This document shows positions 25,165-39,700 of a stretch of 64,000 nucleotides of DNA, piece after piece. This DNA is from Octopus vulgaris (taxonomy: Eukaryota), in the NCBI GenBank assembly GCA_951406725.2, contig OX597826.1:30008001-30072000 (forward strand), read 5' to 3'. Made by a program: the position numbers and the translations under genes. Below the pieces are notes generated by a model, which saw only the letters and a list, made by a program, of their open reading frames with translations, searched no databases and was not told where the DNA came from. Numbering within the stretch: the first letter of the stretch is position 1; each line of letters begins with the position of its first letter.

Positions 25165-25380
25165 TTTACTAGTTTTAGTAATTAGACTGTGGCCATACTG
25201 GGGCACCACCTTGAAGGCTTTTGGTCGAATGAATCGATCCCAGTACTTGAATTTTTTTATCACCAGGTACTTCTTCGATCGATTTTGCATTGCCGAACCG
25301 CTTAGTTGCGGGGACGGAAACAACCCGACACCAGTTTTGAACCAGTTGTGGCGGACAAACAACGAAACAAAGGCACACAC
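25165..25380 (-). mobile_element. SINE family A 3' tail
   Basis: gactgtggccatactggggcaccacc...tgccgaaccgcttagttgcggggacg. A matching head on the - strand lies at 26022-26170. Confidence 0.75.
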
Positions 25381-25392
25381 ATAGATACATAC

Positions 25393-25488
<96 letters not shown>

Positions 25489-25985
25489 AGAGAGAGAGAG
25501 ACAGAGAGACAGAAGTAGTAAGGTAGATAAACATAGAAAAATATCACGACAGCTGTTTCAAGATGTTCACAATTCATATAATAACCATATTCATAAGTAA
25601 TAGATACAGGATGTCATAGGTGTGCGACCGGCACCAAGTTAAGATGAACTTAAGTAAGTCATGTCTCCATTTTCAAGAGCTGAGTGGCAAATAATCATTT
25701 TATGGATGTGCTCACTACGTTCATTATGGCCATATTGACACAATGGCTGAGATAAGACCTTATATTTATTCCTTTATTTTATAATCTGTAGTTTGTGCTA
25801 TGTGTAAATATATGTCTCAAGCCTAACTCCATCTACTTTATTAACTCGATAAGGATTAGCTTTATAGCTATTTTCGATGCAGAGGTGTTGGCCCTGGATG
25901 AAGTTGGCGTTTTAGTTTTCATATGTCATATAGATTGAGTTTAATTTGCTCACATCCGTTCGCTCTGTTTAAGCATACACACGCG

Positions 25986-26016
<31 letters not shown>

Positions 26017-27350
26017 ACATTACAACGGACTTTCAGTTTTCGTCTACAAAATCTACATTCAAAGCTTTCATCGGCCCGAGGCTATGGTAGCAGACGGTTG
26101 CCCAAGGTGCTTCGCAGTGGGACTGAACCTGGAACCATGTAGTTGAGAAGTAAACGTCTTAACATACAAATCTACCTCTTGTATATTCTTTATTCAACAT
26201 TTATAATCGGGAAATTTATACACGATACTTTATAATATATAGTGGCTCCCCCAAATTTCAGAATATTTTTCATTCATTACGGTTTAATTATAATTCATAT
26301 TTAAGAAGTCGCATAAGTTTCTTAAAACGATTTAACATATTCAGTTTAGGGAACATAAACAGGCTGGTACAACGATGAGGAAAAATACTCAAAATTAATC
26401 TTTGACTAATATTCTTTTAATTGTTTAGATAAATATGGGAGATAACTTACGACATGTTTAGGCTTTATTTAACCTCATCAATGAAACCAAAACTTCGTGG
26501 CATTTAGAGAAGTAGTGAAGACCAAATCATTAAACAAACGTACCAGAATATACATCTGTTGGCATTCAACCGAGTCTCTTCATGACGTCGATTATATTGC
26601 GTCTTCTAATCCCCTCATGATCAAGAATGAAGCCACCTCTGAAATTTTCTTTCCTGCACACGATTCTTCCTGTAACATTTATTTGCAGCTCTTTAATCTC
26701 ACCGGTCTATGAGAGTCGACGAAGGCCGGAGACACGGCTCTTTCCTCCAGACTATGCTAATTAATAAATAAAAAAAGATGATTAACAATATCTAACCTAA
26801 ACAAATTATATCTGATTATCACGAAACATTACTATTTTCAGAAATGCTCATTATTTTCACACATTTCTACGATTTCGTTAATTTATAATTATACTTAAAA
26901 ATCAATTCTTTGGAGATTCATGACTTTTCGCTTGCAAAAGCAAAGAAAAAAATTGTAAGCTAACTGATTTCTTATATATTATTAACATCTCTGGGTATGT
27001 TATATATGGATATATGTTCGTAAGTAAGAGTTTTATTACGTATGTATCTATGTACATATGTATGCATGTGTTTGTAAGTACGTATGTATACATACATGCA
27101 TGTATGTGTGTATATATATATGTATGTGTGTATACATATATAAACATATGTATGTATGTATACACATGTGAGCAACTATTAGTTTCATTCCTCTTAGCGA
27201 GTTGTATACTTTCAGAGACATGAAACTAATAGCTGCAGGAATTTGAATCCCATGTATATTAAATGAAATTTTATTTCTCGCTAGGTGGAGTACTTTCTGT
27301 TGATCCCACATATAACAGAACAGTACACTATATGTATATATATACACGTA

Positions 27351-27550
27351 GCACGGATTTTTGTCAGTGAACAGGTTGCGGTCTTATAGCGACGAAAATA
27401 TTTTGACAAATTAAACTTAAATGTTGAAGTGAATCGAACGGATTTTGTGTGTTTCTTAAATGGCTTATAAACACCTTCCACGCTGCAATTGTTTTCGTTC
27501 CAGCACACGATCTCAGATCAAATCACTTGCTATGCAAGTACATCTCCGTA
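27351..27550 (+). mobile_element. Short HHR-like element (G3:C8 core) in (TA)n
   Basis: tttgtca-GTGAACA-G-GTTGC-ggtcttata-GCGAC-GAAA-atat-TT-tgacaaa. Homologous to 35239-35381. Confidence 0.7.
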
Positions 27551-27592
<42 letters not shown>

Positions 27593-27619
27593 ATGTGTAT
27601 GTGTGTGTGTGTGTGTGTG

Positions 27620-27815
27620 AGTGTGTTTGTCCCTCACCATCGCTTGACAACCGATGTTGGTGTGTTTACATACCCGTAACCTAGCAGTTCGGCAAATGAG
27701 ACCGATAGAAAAGTACTAGGCTTACAAAGAGTAAATCCTGGGGTCGATTTGCTTGACTAAAAGTGATGCTCCAGCATGGCTGCAGTCAAATGACTAAAAC
27801 AAATAAAAGAATAAA
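27620..27815 (+). mobile_element. SINE family A 3' tail
   Basis: ccatcgcttgacaaccgatgttggtgtgtttac...gagaccgataga...gggtcgatttgc...ccagcatggctgcagtcaaatgact. Also at 34845-35040 (-), 39905-40080 and 24015-24140. Confidence 0.8.
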
Positions 27816-28444
27816 AGTATATATATATATATATATTTATATGTTTTACCTAATAAAAGTATAATGCTAAATCCACCTCCTACTAATATTTAATACTATT
27901 AGCCTAACTGCCACTGCGAAGCTCCTGAAGTAAATCCAACGGAAGTGTACCACAACTACGAATGACAACAGGTAGCCTAAACTGTGCCAGTGCTCTACTC
28001 AACATTTAAACACACTAATCTAATTATACGTATTTGTCTAAATTTTCTATTATCATATATATATATATATATATATATAGGAAGTTAATTATTATGGCCA
28101 GTCATAGAGTGATTATTGGTTTCGCACCTATAAGGCACTTAACAGTATAGGTGACTCGTCGGATTCAACTGTCTGAAAGTGCATAACCTCTCTACAACTG
28201 GAGGAAGAAAATACGTCTCGGTCAGTTAGGTTGGTACACAAATGCATATTTTTCCATGCAGCGGTTCAGCAGTGGGTACTGGGTTGTCTCCTTTACGTTG
28301 GTTCCGGCCGTGGTAATAATCGAACAAACTGCAGTGGGCCTATTCAAAGAATCGGGTATTCCAAGTAGGAAACATTTCAGGTGATGGCATGGACTAAATG
28401 CTTCTTTGAACTTGTCACATTCGGTCTCCAGAAGCCAGACGATA

Positions 28445-28477
<33 letters not shown>

Positions 28478-28639
28478 ATATATATATATAAATTTAAGTT
28501 TGACACGGCTCCTTGCAATTTAAAATTTAGTTGTCACATCAAGCGGACTAATACCGTCTTGCTTCTGGTGACCGAATGAGGAGAAGTCCAATATAGCTTC
28601 TGGATGTTGGACCGCTATTGTCGTTGATATTGTCGTGGC

Positions 28640-28860
28640 ATAAGGCGGCGAGCTGGCAGAATCGTTAACACGTCGAGTGAAATGCCTGGCTGCATTTCGT
28701 TCATCTTCACATTTTGAGTTCAAATGATACTGGTGTCGACTTTGCCTTTCGAATTTCTGGGTCAATAAAATAAGTACCAATTTAGCATTACAGTCGATGT
28801 GGCCGACTTAGCCCCTTCCCCGAAATTGCTGGCCTTGTGCCTAAATTTCAAACCAATTTT
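28640..28860 (+). mobile_element. SINE family B
   Basis: aaggcggcgagctggcagaatcgttaac...gagttcaaat...gggtcaataaaataagtacc. Confidence 0.8.
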
Positions 28861-29299
28861 ACAGTGGCCTCAATTCATAGTCATGTTCCTAGGACCTCGT
28901 GCTAGGCTCGTATGTTAAAGTATAGCTGGCGATTCTCTGTATGGAAAGTGTGGTATGGCTTATTAGCAACATTGTTAGTGTATCTCGCACATGTGTGTGT
29001 ATGTGTGTATGTGGTGGTGTGTGCGCGCGTGCATGCGTATATATATTATTGTTATAGTATATGCAACTCCTACCAAATGTGTAGGCGCTACTTTGTTTCG
29101 TTTGTCCATTCATATATGAATGTATGTATGCATGTATGCATGTATGTGTAGATAAGAATATATATGCCCTTTTGTGCAATGCAATTTATATCTTATTCAC
29201 ATCTCCCTATTGCAGGTATTTGCGGAAATGTGATTTCTCTTTAAATCAGTGTATGTCTATTATACATACATATAATTTTGCATATGTGTTTATTTCAAA

Positions 29300-30250
29300 G
29301 AACACAAACAAGAATGTTGGAAAGTTTTACAAATCTTCACTGTGCAGTGAAGAAACGATTAGATTTGAAGGATGCAAGGCAGTTTACTTTGTTCATTCTT
29401 GGAAACCTACCAAGACTTTCGAGGTTTTTATGCCAATCTGTTGTTACATATCCCAGTGTATCTATGATAAAAGGTGTGAATAAAAATCTATAGCCTATAT
29501 TCCATGAACCGTAAGTTTCTTATAAATTCATCATACTTTTTGTTGTTTTTTTTTCCAGTTTTAGACGAGCCTTTCACACACGCTGGGCAAGTGATCTCTT
29601 TACAAACCTGCGTTTGACTTGTGTTCCCACACCCTGAGAACAATATAAGGCCTGTTATATTTGCACCTGCTTGTTGTTTATATTGAGGTGTTAAACCACT
29701 AATTATTTTTATATTTTGGTTTTCGTACATCTTTAGTGTTGCCAACATTTCAAAACCTTGCAGTTTGTGCTTTGCTGAGAAAGAATACATTCTCGGCAAT
29801 TGCATTGTAAATGATTTGATTAACAATGTCTTGTGGGAGGTTAGTAGTTGCAGAGATTTGATGCAGCTGTTGATTATATAGACGAAATCTTTCACACTGG
29901 TATGGCATAATCGATATTTTCTTTAATAGGAAAGTAAAAGCCTGAAGGCATGTAGGTCTTTTATTGATAAAATATTTAGTAACTGTCACCAATTCATCGA
30001 TAACGAAAATTTACCATTTCTAGGTTGAATATGATATATGTATCACTTATTTGGGTTCCTGTTAATGTTGGCATTATCTAGTTTTCGGGATATGCACTTG
30101 TGTATAAAACTGAGTTGGTATAATGAAGCTTCTACTGCAAGTAAAGTAATCTATGTACCATTGGATGACAAGGAACAGTTTTACAGTCAGAGAACTCACT
30201 CAAGAGAACTTCATCTACGTTTAAAATGCTATTTCCCCTGTTGAATAACA
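29300..30250 (-). mobile_element. Decayed zinc-knuckle/RLE 3' region of an R4/R2-like non-LTR element
   Basis: Fragments DFVYIINSC, PQDIVNQIIYNAI, YNRPYIVL and EITCP resemble the HIIS-C, RHD-V, HNRPDIV and IE-CP motifs. Confidence 0.5.
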
Positions 30251-31432
30251 TATACGATGACTGGCCTTTTTGACTTACAGATACATACATGTATGTAAGT
30301 ATGCATGTATGTATGTATGTATGTATGTATGTATGTATGTATGTATGTATGTATGTATGTATGTATGTATGTATGTATGTATGTATGTATGTATGTATGT
30401 ATGTGTGTGTATGTATATATATATATATATATATATACGTATATATATATATATGTATATATACGTATATATATATATATGTATATATACGTATATATAT
30501 ATATATATATATGTATATATACGTATATATATTTATGTATATGTATATGTATGTAACAATTCATGTATTTATGTATGCATGTGTGTATGTATGTATGCTT
30601 GTATGTGTGTGTATTTATATGTATGTCTATGTATCCATATATGTTTCTGTATGTATGGATATATGAATGGATGTATGTGTGTCTAGTTGTTATGGCATTT
30701 CCTATTGCAGTCGACGCCGATATTGTTGTTTCCGGTAGCGTCGCTATGGTTGTTGTTGTTCCTGTGTTATTGTAGCTGTTCTTGTTGTTGTTTCTGTTAT
30801 ACTTGTTCCTGTTACTGTTTCTGTTTTTCTTGTTGTTTTTGTTATTGTTCCTGCCTTTGGGTTTCGGGAATGTGGCATAAAATGAGCGTGAAGGACGTGT
30901 GTAGTCAAATTAAAGATTTATTGTCGTTGTAGTTGCTATTGCTGGCGCAGATATTTATGTATGACAGACGATAAAAATTCAAGGAAACGTTTTTAAGTTA
31001 ATGTTTTTTTGTTTCACTGTTTAGCATTGCTAATCGTGTTATAATTAGCAAATTATAATTAATTTTCTGTCAATTACAAATTTCTACATAGGAATTAAAT
31101 ATATTCATTTACATCACGTGGAAGTAACGTCTAAAATTAGTTTCTTATGGCATTATGTCACGTTACCAAAGAGCAGTCGATAGATTTTACCAGTTGGACA
31201 GATGACAGTTACTCTTCCTTTTACCCGACCTCATACAGATTGGCTACGCAGCTTTGGAATATTTTTGCTCCTGTCTCTTCTTACACAGCATTATTCTCTA
31301 TAAATTATTGCCAAATATGGCGTCTAACGAGCCCTTATTTACTAACCTCATTATGACTCAGTCAAAAGGTGGTGGGCTGCCGGAACCGATAGTGCAGCAG
31401 ATCAAATGCTTATTGATATTACTTTCGGCTCT

Positions 31433-31790
31433 AAGGCGACGAGCTGGCAGAGAATTTAGCTCACTAGGCAACATGCTTAGCGGCATTTCGCCCGTCCTTA
31501 CGTTCAGAGTTCTAATTCCACCGAGGTCGACTTTGCTTTTCATCCTTTCGGGGTCGATGAAATAAGTACCAGTTGAACATCGGGGTCGATGTAATCGATT
31601 ACCCCCTTCGCCAAAGTTTCAGGCCTTATAGCAATAGTAGAAAGGATATTACTTTCGTCTCTTTAAGTTCCGAGCTCAAATCCTGCCGAGGCCAAGTCTG
31701 CGGTTCAACCTTTCAATGACGATAAAATAAAGTATAAATCAAAGTTTTTGGGTTCGATGTATTCGGCTTGGCCCCTCCCGTCACATTCGC
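31433..31790 (+). mobile_element. SINE family B copy followed by a partial second copy
   Basis: aaggcgacgagctggcagag...tttcatcctttcggggtcgatgaaataagtaccagttg, with a partial repeat at 31665-31790. Confidence 0.8.
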
Positions 31791-33029
31791 TGGTCTGGTA
31801 CTAATATTAGAAAGAATTACGTCTCGCCCAAGTCCTGTAACTCTCAACCATTTTCGACAGATACTGTACTGCTACTTTATTCTCTGCTTTAAGGATGTAT
31901 GTCATTTTTTTTGTCTTTGCTTTAAGCGAAGAGATGACACAGAGTTGATCTTGTGACGCACAACGATCATGTAGGATGTATTGCTTAGCCACGCGTTAAA
32001 CATATAACGTAGTTTAAGAGGCAAGTAGTGTAAAATTATACGGTAAGCTATCTTTCACTCACGATAAATTTTCTCTTGATTCATACCAAAGCATTGCTTC
32101 TGCACACCTAAAATTTTAGGCTGTCAAAAACCGAAAGAAAAATAATGAGTATGAAATGAGAGATATTTTTTTGTCTACGACACACAAAAAGTGAAAAAAA
32201 AAATCAGAAAGTAACTTTCCTTGATAATTCTTGGAATATCTAAAACAAGAAAAAGGCTTTTCAGTTTTGTTATATTTTACGATACTGTAAGCTAACTGAA
32301 TTATTTCATATGGCAGAGAAAACTTAGTGATTAGCTCATGCAGTAATATTTATAAGAAACCTCAAATTAAGAAAAAATGCAATTATATTCTTTTCAAATG
32401 AGCGACTTTTAATAAGATAAAAGCGTAAAAATACACTTCCGGTAAGAAAGTAAGAACTATGTTACATCGTAATTTTCACTTCTTTAAATTCTTTCAGTTG
32501 AACAATGATGGAGAACATCAATGGAATATTTTTCCCCTTCTTATTCATCAGCATCCCCATCACAATCTCTTTGCCATGTTTTTTTTTATATCACTCACTT
32601 TCTTCCCCCCACCCCTCTCTTTCTATTCCCTCTCACTATCTTTCACTCAATTTCCAATCCTCCATTCTTTAACTAACACACTTTTATTAAATGTTCACAA
32701 TATACTTACAACTACACAGTTGTGCCCTAGATATGTATGTATGCATGTATGTATATATGTGTGCATATATGTTTGCATGTGTATGCATGTATACATGTAT
32801 ATCGGTACGTAAGAACGTATGTATCTAAGTATGTATGTAGGTATGTCTACACGTATTTATACATACACACAAACATATATAGATACAATATGTATATAAA
32901 TATATACATACATACATAATGAAATAAATACATACACAGGCATATGGTATACATATACATATGTATGCATGTTTATATTTATATATATATATATATTTAT
33001 ATTTACATATATATATGTATATATATAAT

Positions 33030-33092
<63 letters not shown>

Positions 33093-34299
33093 GCATACAT
33101 ATATATACATACACACAGACACACATATATATGCATACACATTATGATACATTAAATCCATGCATACCTCCACACATACACCGCCCACCGTACAAGTACA
33201 CGTACCTGATATGGAATATGGTATGATTATCTTTCTTCTATTGCATATATAGGGCACTTTTTATATTCCAGTTATCGCTGCATTTATGACTTATTTCCAT
33301 AGATTCCATTTAACGTTAATCTCATAAATGAGACAATATAGCCGCCATCACAATACAAGTTCTTGCCATCGTGTTTCTCGTATTCATTTTAAACGCAAAC
33401 ACAAAACGTCAACACACACACACCCTCACGACAGACAAACGCACAGGTACGTATAAACATACATATTTATGCATGCGCACACATACTCACACGCAATTAA
33501 TGTGCTAACAGACAAGCAGAATACAATGAGTACGGACACCAGCCTCTCAGGAATACATACGTTTCTAGAATTTTCTAGACTCTGCCCGCATTACTAATGG
33601 ATTTGAAAAAATAACTTCATATATACAGTCATGCATACGTACTTACGTGTATAATGTGTGTATAATGTGTATATACTTACGTGTATAATGTGTGTTCCAC
33701 TCCTCCCCATTTCCTCTCTTCCTTGTTACCTCCCCTGCCCCTAACTCCTACCCACCACACACCACTCCAGACACACTACCACTGACCACTTCTCAGCACC
33801 CACACCACACACCATCATCCACACACGCACGCACACACACACATAATCTTCACTAAGTGTGTATGTAGGTTTATCTACACATATTTATACATACACATAC
33901 ATACATAGATACAATGTGTATATAAATATATACATACGTACATACATACATACATAAAAATAGATACATACTTTTTTTATATCCCTCACTTTCTTCCCCA
34001 TCTCTCTCTTTCTATTCGCTCTCACACACACGGACACACACACACACACATATAGACTTGTAAAAAATTTGACTAAGTCAATGGCCCCTATCCACACACA
34101 CAGACTTGCACATTCAAACACACCATTCTCACATACACACACACACACACGCACCTTCAGTTGGAGTCACATTCACTTTATTATCTCCCTTTCTTCCAAG
34201 CTCTTCTTTCAAACTCTTTTCTCTTATCAGCCGTCATGCCTGACCGCTAAATCTACAGTTTTTTTTTTCATTCTCTATCTGTTTTTTCCTCTTTTATTC

Positions 34300-34419
34300 C
34301 TTTTTTTGAAGAGCATAAGCTCCAGACGTAAAAGACTTTTTCATTTTTCATTTCCCCGCGTGTCAAACTATACACATGCTTGCTGTTCATACACCTGTCT
34401 TTTTTTGTACTATAAATTT

Positions 34420-34422
<3 letters not shown>
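34300..34422 (+). mobile_element. Short element with a degenerate HHR-like motif, same family as 63745-63873
   Basis: ttgaagagcataagctc...aagacttt...gtgtcaaacta..tacac...gttcatacacctgtctt...aaatttcaa, then (CA)n. Confidence 0.55.
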
Positions 34423-34467
<45 letters not shown>

Positions 34468-34470
34468 CAT

Positions 34471-34522
<52 letters not shown>

Positions 34523-35043
34523 TTTTATTTATATATATGTATATGTAGATATATAAAGATAAGAGTAAATAATTTCTATAAAGGCTTTTAAAAAAAACCC
34601 AATTATTTACTGGTAGGATTCGGTATGTAAATATAGCCGATTACCGGCAGGAACTTCTGTAAAGTTCAGTATATATATTGTATATAAGTAAAAGGGACAG
34701 GCAAAACAGGTTGCTTGACCGCATACCGAAAAAATAAAAATAGCAGTCAAGAATGCTTATATCTATCAAAGTTGGACTCCGGGCATGTCTTATATATGTA
34801 GATATATATATATACATATACATATACGTATACATATATATATATTCTTTTGCTTGTTTCAGTTATATGGCTGTGGCCATGCTGGGGCACCGCCTTTAGT
34901 CGAGCAAATCGACCCCAGGACTTATTCTTTGTAAGCCTAGTACTTATTCTATTGGCCTCTTTTGCCGAACCGCTAAGTTACGGGGACGTAAGCACACCAG
35001 CATCGTTTGTCAAGCGATGTTGGGGGAGGGGGAAAACACAAAC

Positions 35044-35092
<49 letters not shown>

Positions 35093-35110
35093 TATACATA
35101 CATATATATC

Positions 35111-35381
35111 GACAAGTGACCTGATCTGAGCTCGTGTGCTGGAACTAAAACAATTGCAGCGTGGAAGGTATTTACAGTCCATTTAAGAAACACGCAAAAA
35201 CCGTTAGATTCACTTCAACATTTAAATTAAATTTGTCAGCACGGAATTTTGTCAGTGAACAGGTCACGGTCTCAAAGCGACCAAAATATTTTGGCAAATT
35301 CAATTTAAATGTTGAAGTTAATCTAACGCTTTTTGTATGTTTCTTAACTGGCTTATAAACACCTTCCACACTGCAATTGTT
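35111..35381. mobile_element. Foldback copy of the G3:C8 HHR-like element
   Basis: A - strand arm (35111-35238) is joined head-to-head to a + copy starting gcacgga at 35239. Segments 35149-35238 and 35292-35381 are reverse complements. Confidence 0.8.
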
Positions 35382-35946
35382 ATATATCGACAGTAAATCA
35401 TAAATCCGAAAGAGAAACACACTATGTTATAGAGCAGTAGATTAATTAGATAAAACCATCATGACCGGTCTATGGGGTAACCCAGGGTTTCACGTCCATA
35501 AGGTTCTATATCTATATAAGTGTTGATATGTATGTGTATATATATATATATGAATGATACGTATATTAATACATACTGGCTGGACTTGTGAAAAATCCAC
35601 GGAAAACAAAAAAAATCTAAGCATCTATAAACAGTTTCTTTCACTTTTTCTTACTCCCTTTCTCTTTTACGTCCACTCTGAAACATAAAAAAAAAATGAA
35701 CAACGTCACCACTTACAGTCTCTTTCATTCTCTCTCACTCTCTTACTTTCTCTCTTACTCTCTCTCTCTTTCTCTCTCACACTCTCTCACTCTCCCTCTC
35801 TTTCTTTCTTCCTCTCTCTCTTCCTCTCTCTCTCGCTTTGAAACTTCACAGAAGTGTGACGCACACAATAGGTACGTACAAAAACAAAAAGTTAGCGTAC
35901 AAATATTATTGATAAATATACATATATGTACACACACACACATGTA

Positions 35947-36009
<63 letters not shown>

Positions 36010-36117
36010 GTATATATACATATCTATATCTATCTATCTATCTATCTATATATATATATATATATTTATATGTACATATACATATCTATATATACATATG
36101 GGTATGTATATACATAC

Positions 36118-36154
<37 letters not shown>

Positions 36155-36249
36155 CAAAATAAGCAACAAGAATATCTTCGGTAATTTGGTACGATCGTTT
36201 CACGCTACATCATTTATTCATTTGAATCTAAATTTTCCTGAACATATAT

Positions 36250-36286
<37 letters not shown>

Positions 36287-36792
36287 TGTATGTACAGAGA
36301 AAAAGAGAGTGAGATTTCAACTGTAGCTGCAGACATATCTGCAAGGTAACAAGCACATGGGAATAGCGACTCACAAGGTTATTATTCGATCTTTCTGTTT
36401 TTGATAGCAAGTCCATCACTCTAAATTCACATATTTTGGAAAAAAATTTCAAAGTATATTAATAAAGGAAAATAGCGTATTAGATATTTATTCTTAAGTA
36501 CTGCCAAATGCGAATATTTGTTGACTGGTCCTCGATTTTTCGGCACAAACTGAATTTGAACTAAAAAGCAAAGCGAGTGAACAAGTACAAACGCGCATGC
36601 GTGTGCATACACACACACACGCACACTGCCTTTCATCCAGTCGAGATCGATAAAGTAAATACCAGCTGATTAGTGAGGTTGTTGTAGTTGTTGTTGTGTG
36701 TCTGTGTGTGCGCTTATGTGTATGTAGATGTCTATGTATATATATACTTATATATTTATATATTTATACATATGAATCTATATGTGTACGCA

Positions 36793-36934
<142 letters not shown>

Positions 36935-37486
36935 CACACATACACAAACACACATATACACACACGTATATGCCTGTATTTATATTATACATACACGCTC
37001 AAATCTGAATATCTCCTGATGAACGTCTACAAGTTAAAATGCCATTCATACTAATATATATATAACATATCTTAACACGTAATAAATATAAAGCAAAACT
37101 ACAGCATATGTGGAGAAACTTTCACTATAAATGAGCCATGCAATATAAGCGAATCTTGATAGATCGATCGGAAAGAAAAGAAAATCATTACAGAATATGC
37201 TCATATATATCAGATAGCCTACATTCATAAATAAATAAGTCATATTATCGAAGACAGCCACAAATCGAACAGTATGTCTAGGAAGATAGAAAAACAAGAT
37301 TCAACAGCAGGAAATATATTACTACGTCACCGATTATATGCATATATACACACATGCGTGCATACATATGTGAATACATACCAACATATACATAAACATG
37401 CATACATGCATACATACATGCATGCATACATTCATGCATACATACAAACATACATACATACATACATACATACATACATACATACA

Positions 37487-37521
<35 letters not shown>

Positions 37522-37582
37522 GCATAAACATATTTGCAACAAGAAAAAGATTACGTTATATCTGTGATTATCTAATGCATAA

Positions 37583-37629
<47 letters not shown>

Positions 37630-37829
37630 AAATTGTATATGTATATATTGAAGTATTTATATTTATATATTTAAGTATATATATATGTGTGTATATATAT
37701 GTGTATATATATATATAGACATATATACATATTAAATTTTTTAATGAGGGTGAGAAATTGGATATTAATTTAATTAACATCAATTTCACACCTGTGGTCT
37801 AGCATATAAAAATCTGAACCTACATATAT

Positions 37830-37868
<39 letters not shown>

Positions 37869-37871
37869 CAT

Positions 37872-37903
<32 letters not shown>

Positions 37904-37997
37904 GTATATATTTATATATATATATATATATATATACATACATATATACATATATATATATGTATATATATACATATATATATTTATACATATATAC

Positions 37998-38051
<54 letters not shown>

Positions 38052-38297
38052 GTATATATATACGTATATATGTATGTATATATGTATGCATGTATGTATG
38101 TATGTATGTATGCATTTGCTTGTTCCCAAAACAATGGCTGCTCTATGTGTTGTGTTTTGAAACGCAATTTTATCATAGTTTTAATTATACTTTAGGTGAA
38201 TTTCGACATACTTGATGATTGATGTATGCTCTTTAATAATTTTCTAATTATTTCATACAGAAAGCATTCTTGAAGCACAGGTGCCCTTAATTATGAA

Positions 38298-39090
38298 CAT
38301 GGCAAAAAAAAGGTCCTTCGCTTACTTTTCTTGCATGCGCTCAAACTTGGGCACAATGCCTCCCAAACTGCTGCCAATATCAACAGAGCATGAGGAGAGG
38401 GGACTACAAGTGATCGCACAGTATGAAGGTGGTTTCAGAAATTCCGTGTGTCGGTATTAAGCAACCTTCAGAAGATTGGTAAGATGAAAAAGCTCGATAA
38501 GTGGATACCGCATGGGCTCAATGAAAATCAAAAAGTTCGGCGTTTTGAAGTGTACTCGATGCTCTTCCTAGGAAACACCTAGGATCCTTCTCTTGATCGA
38601 AGAGTCACTTGTGACGAAAAGTGTACGAGTCCCCCAAACATTTCCCCAAGGCAAACTTGCATCAGGAAAAGGTTATGGTGATTGTCTGGTGGTCTATTAC
38701 AGCTTTCTTGAAGCCAATCGGAGCATTGCAGTAGATGGTTACTGCAATCAACTCGCTGAAATGCATGCTCACTTGCAAAAAATGAGACCTGCATTTGTGA
38801 ATCGGCGTGGCCCAATTCTGCTTCAAGGTAATGCCACATGTAGCAAGAACGACGCTGCAGAAACTCACAGACTTGGGATACGAGACTTTACCACATTCTC
38901 CATATTCTCCTATCTTTCACCACTGACTGCCATTTTTTAAAGCTTTTAAACACATTTTTAAGTGATTAAACTTTCAGATCCAAACCAGAGGCGGAATCAG
39001 CTTTCAAATATTTAGCATCAAAGCCAATAAGTTTTTATCAGCGAGGTATAAATAATCTCGTTGATCGATGGCAGAAATAGATGTTCACAG
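38298..39090 (+). pseudogene. mariner (DD34D, Hsmar1-like) transposase pseudogene
   Basis: KLGHNASQTAANINRA*GEGTTSDRTV*RWFQKF, KLDKWIPHGLNENQK, VTCDEK, KVMVIVWW, LQKMRPAFVNRRGPILLQGNA, PYS...SPTD.HFF and LVDRWQK. Contains deletions and frameshifts. Confidence 0.9.
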
Positions 39091-39195
39091 CTCATACTTT
39101 CTACTGTAGTCGTGGGTGGATCAGGCCTTTTGAGTGTATATAGTAAATGGGAACTGCTATGAGTACGTCGGATATATATATATATATATATATAT

Positions 39196-39358
39196 ACTGT
39201 CAATATTGTATACTGTCAATCTAACACGAACGTGACAGTAGAGGGTACACCACCGATGCTTCTTAGGGCTAAACGTTCGTGTTAGATTGACAGTATACAA
39301 CCATTCTATCGTCCCACCACCGTACATGTCTCTAAGAGAGATTTAGAAATTTAGTATT

Positions 39359-39362
<4 letters not shown>
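39196..39362 (+). mobile_element. Short foldback element in (TA)n with a perfect 28-bp inverted repeat
   Basis: ttgtatactgtcaatctaacacgaacgt (39206-39233) pairs with acgttcgtgttagattgacagtatacaa (39273-39300). Unpaired 3' extension runs to (TA)n. Confidence 0.7.
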
Positions 39363-39429
<67 letters not shown>

Positions 39430-39431
<2 letters not shown>

Positions 39432-39690
39432 CGCAGGAGTGGCTGTGTGGTAAGTAGCTTGCTTATCAACCACATGGGTCTAGGTTCAGTCCCATTGCGT
39501 GGTACCTTGGGCGGCTGTCTTCTACTATAGCCTCGTGCCGCCCAAACTCTTGGAAGTGGATTTGGTAGACGGAAACTAAAAGAAGCCCGTCGTGTATGTC
39601 TATATTTATGCGTGTATACTTGTGTCTGTTTGTCACCCCACCATCGCTTGACAACTAATGTTTTTACTTCCCTGTAACTTAGCAGTTCGG
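39430..39690 (+). mobile_element. SINE family A, well-preserved head and partial tail
   Basis: ggcgcaggagtggctgtgtggtaag (A-box)...ggttcagtccc (B-box)...ccttgggc...gtcttctactatagcctcg...gatttggtagacggaaact. Confidence 0.88.
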
Positions 39691-39700
39691 CAGTTCAATA

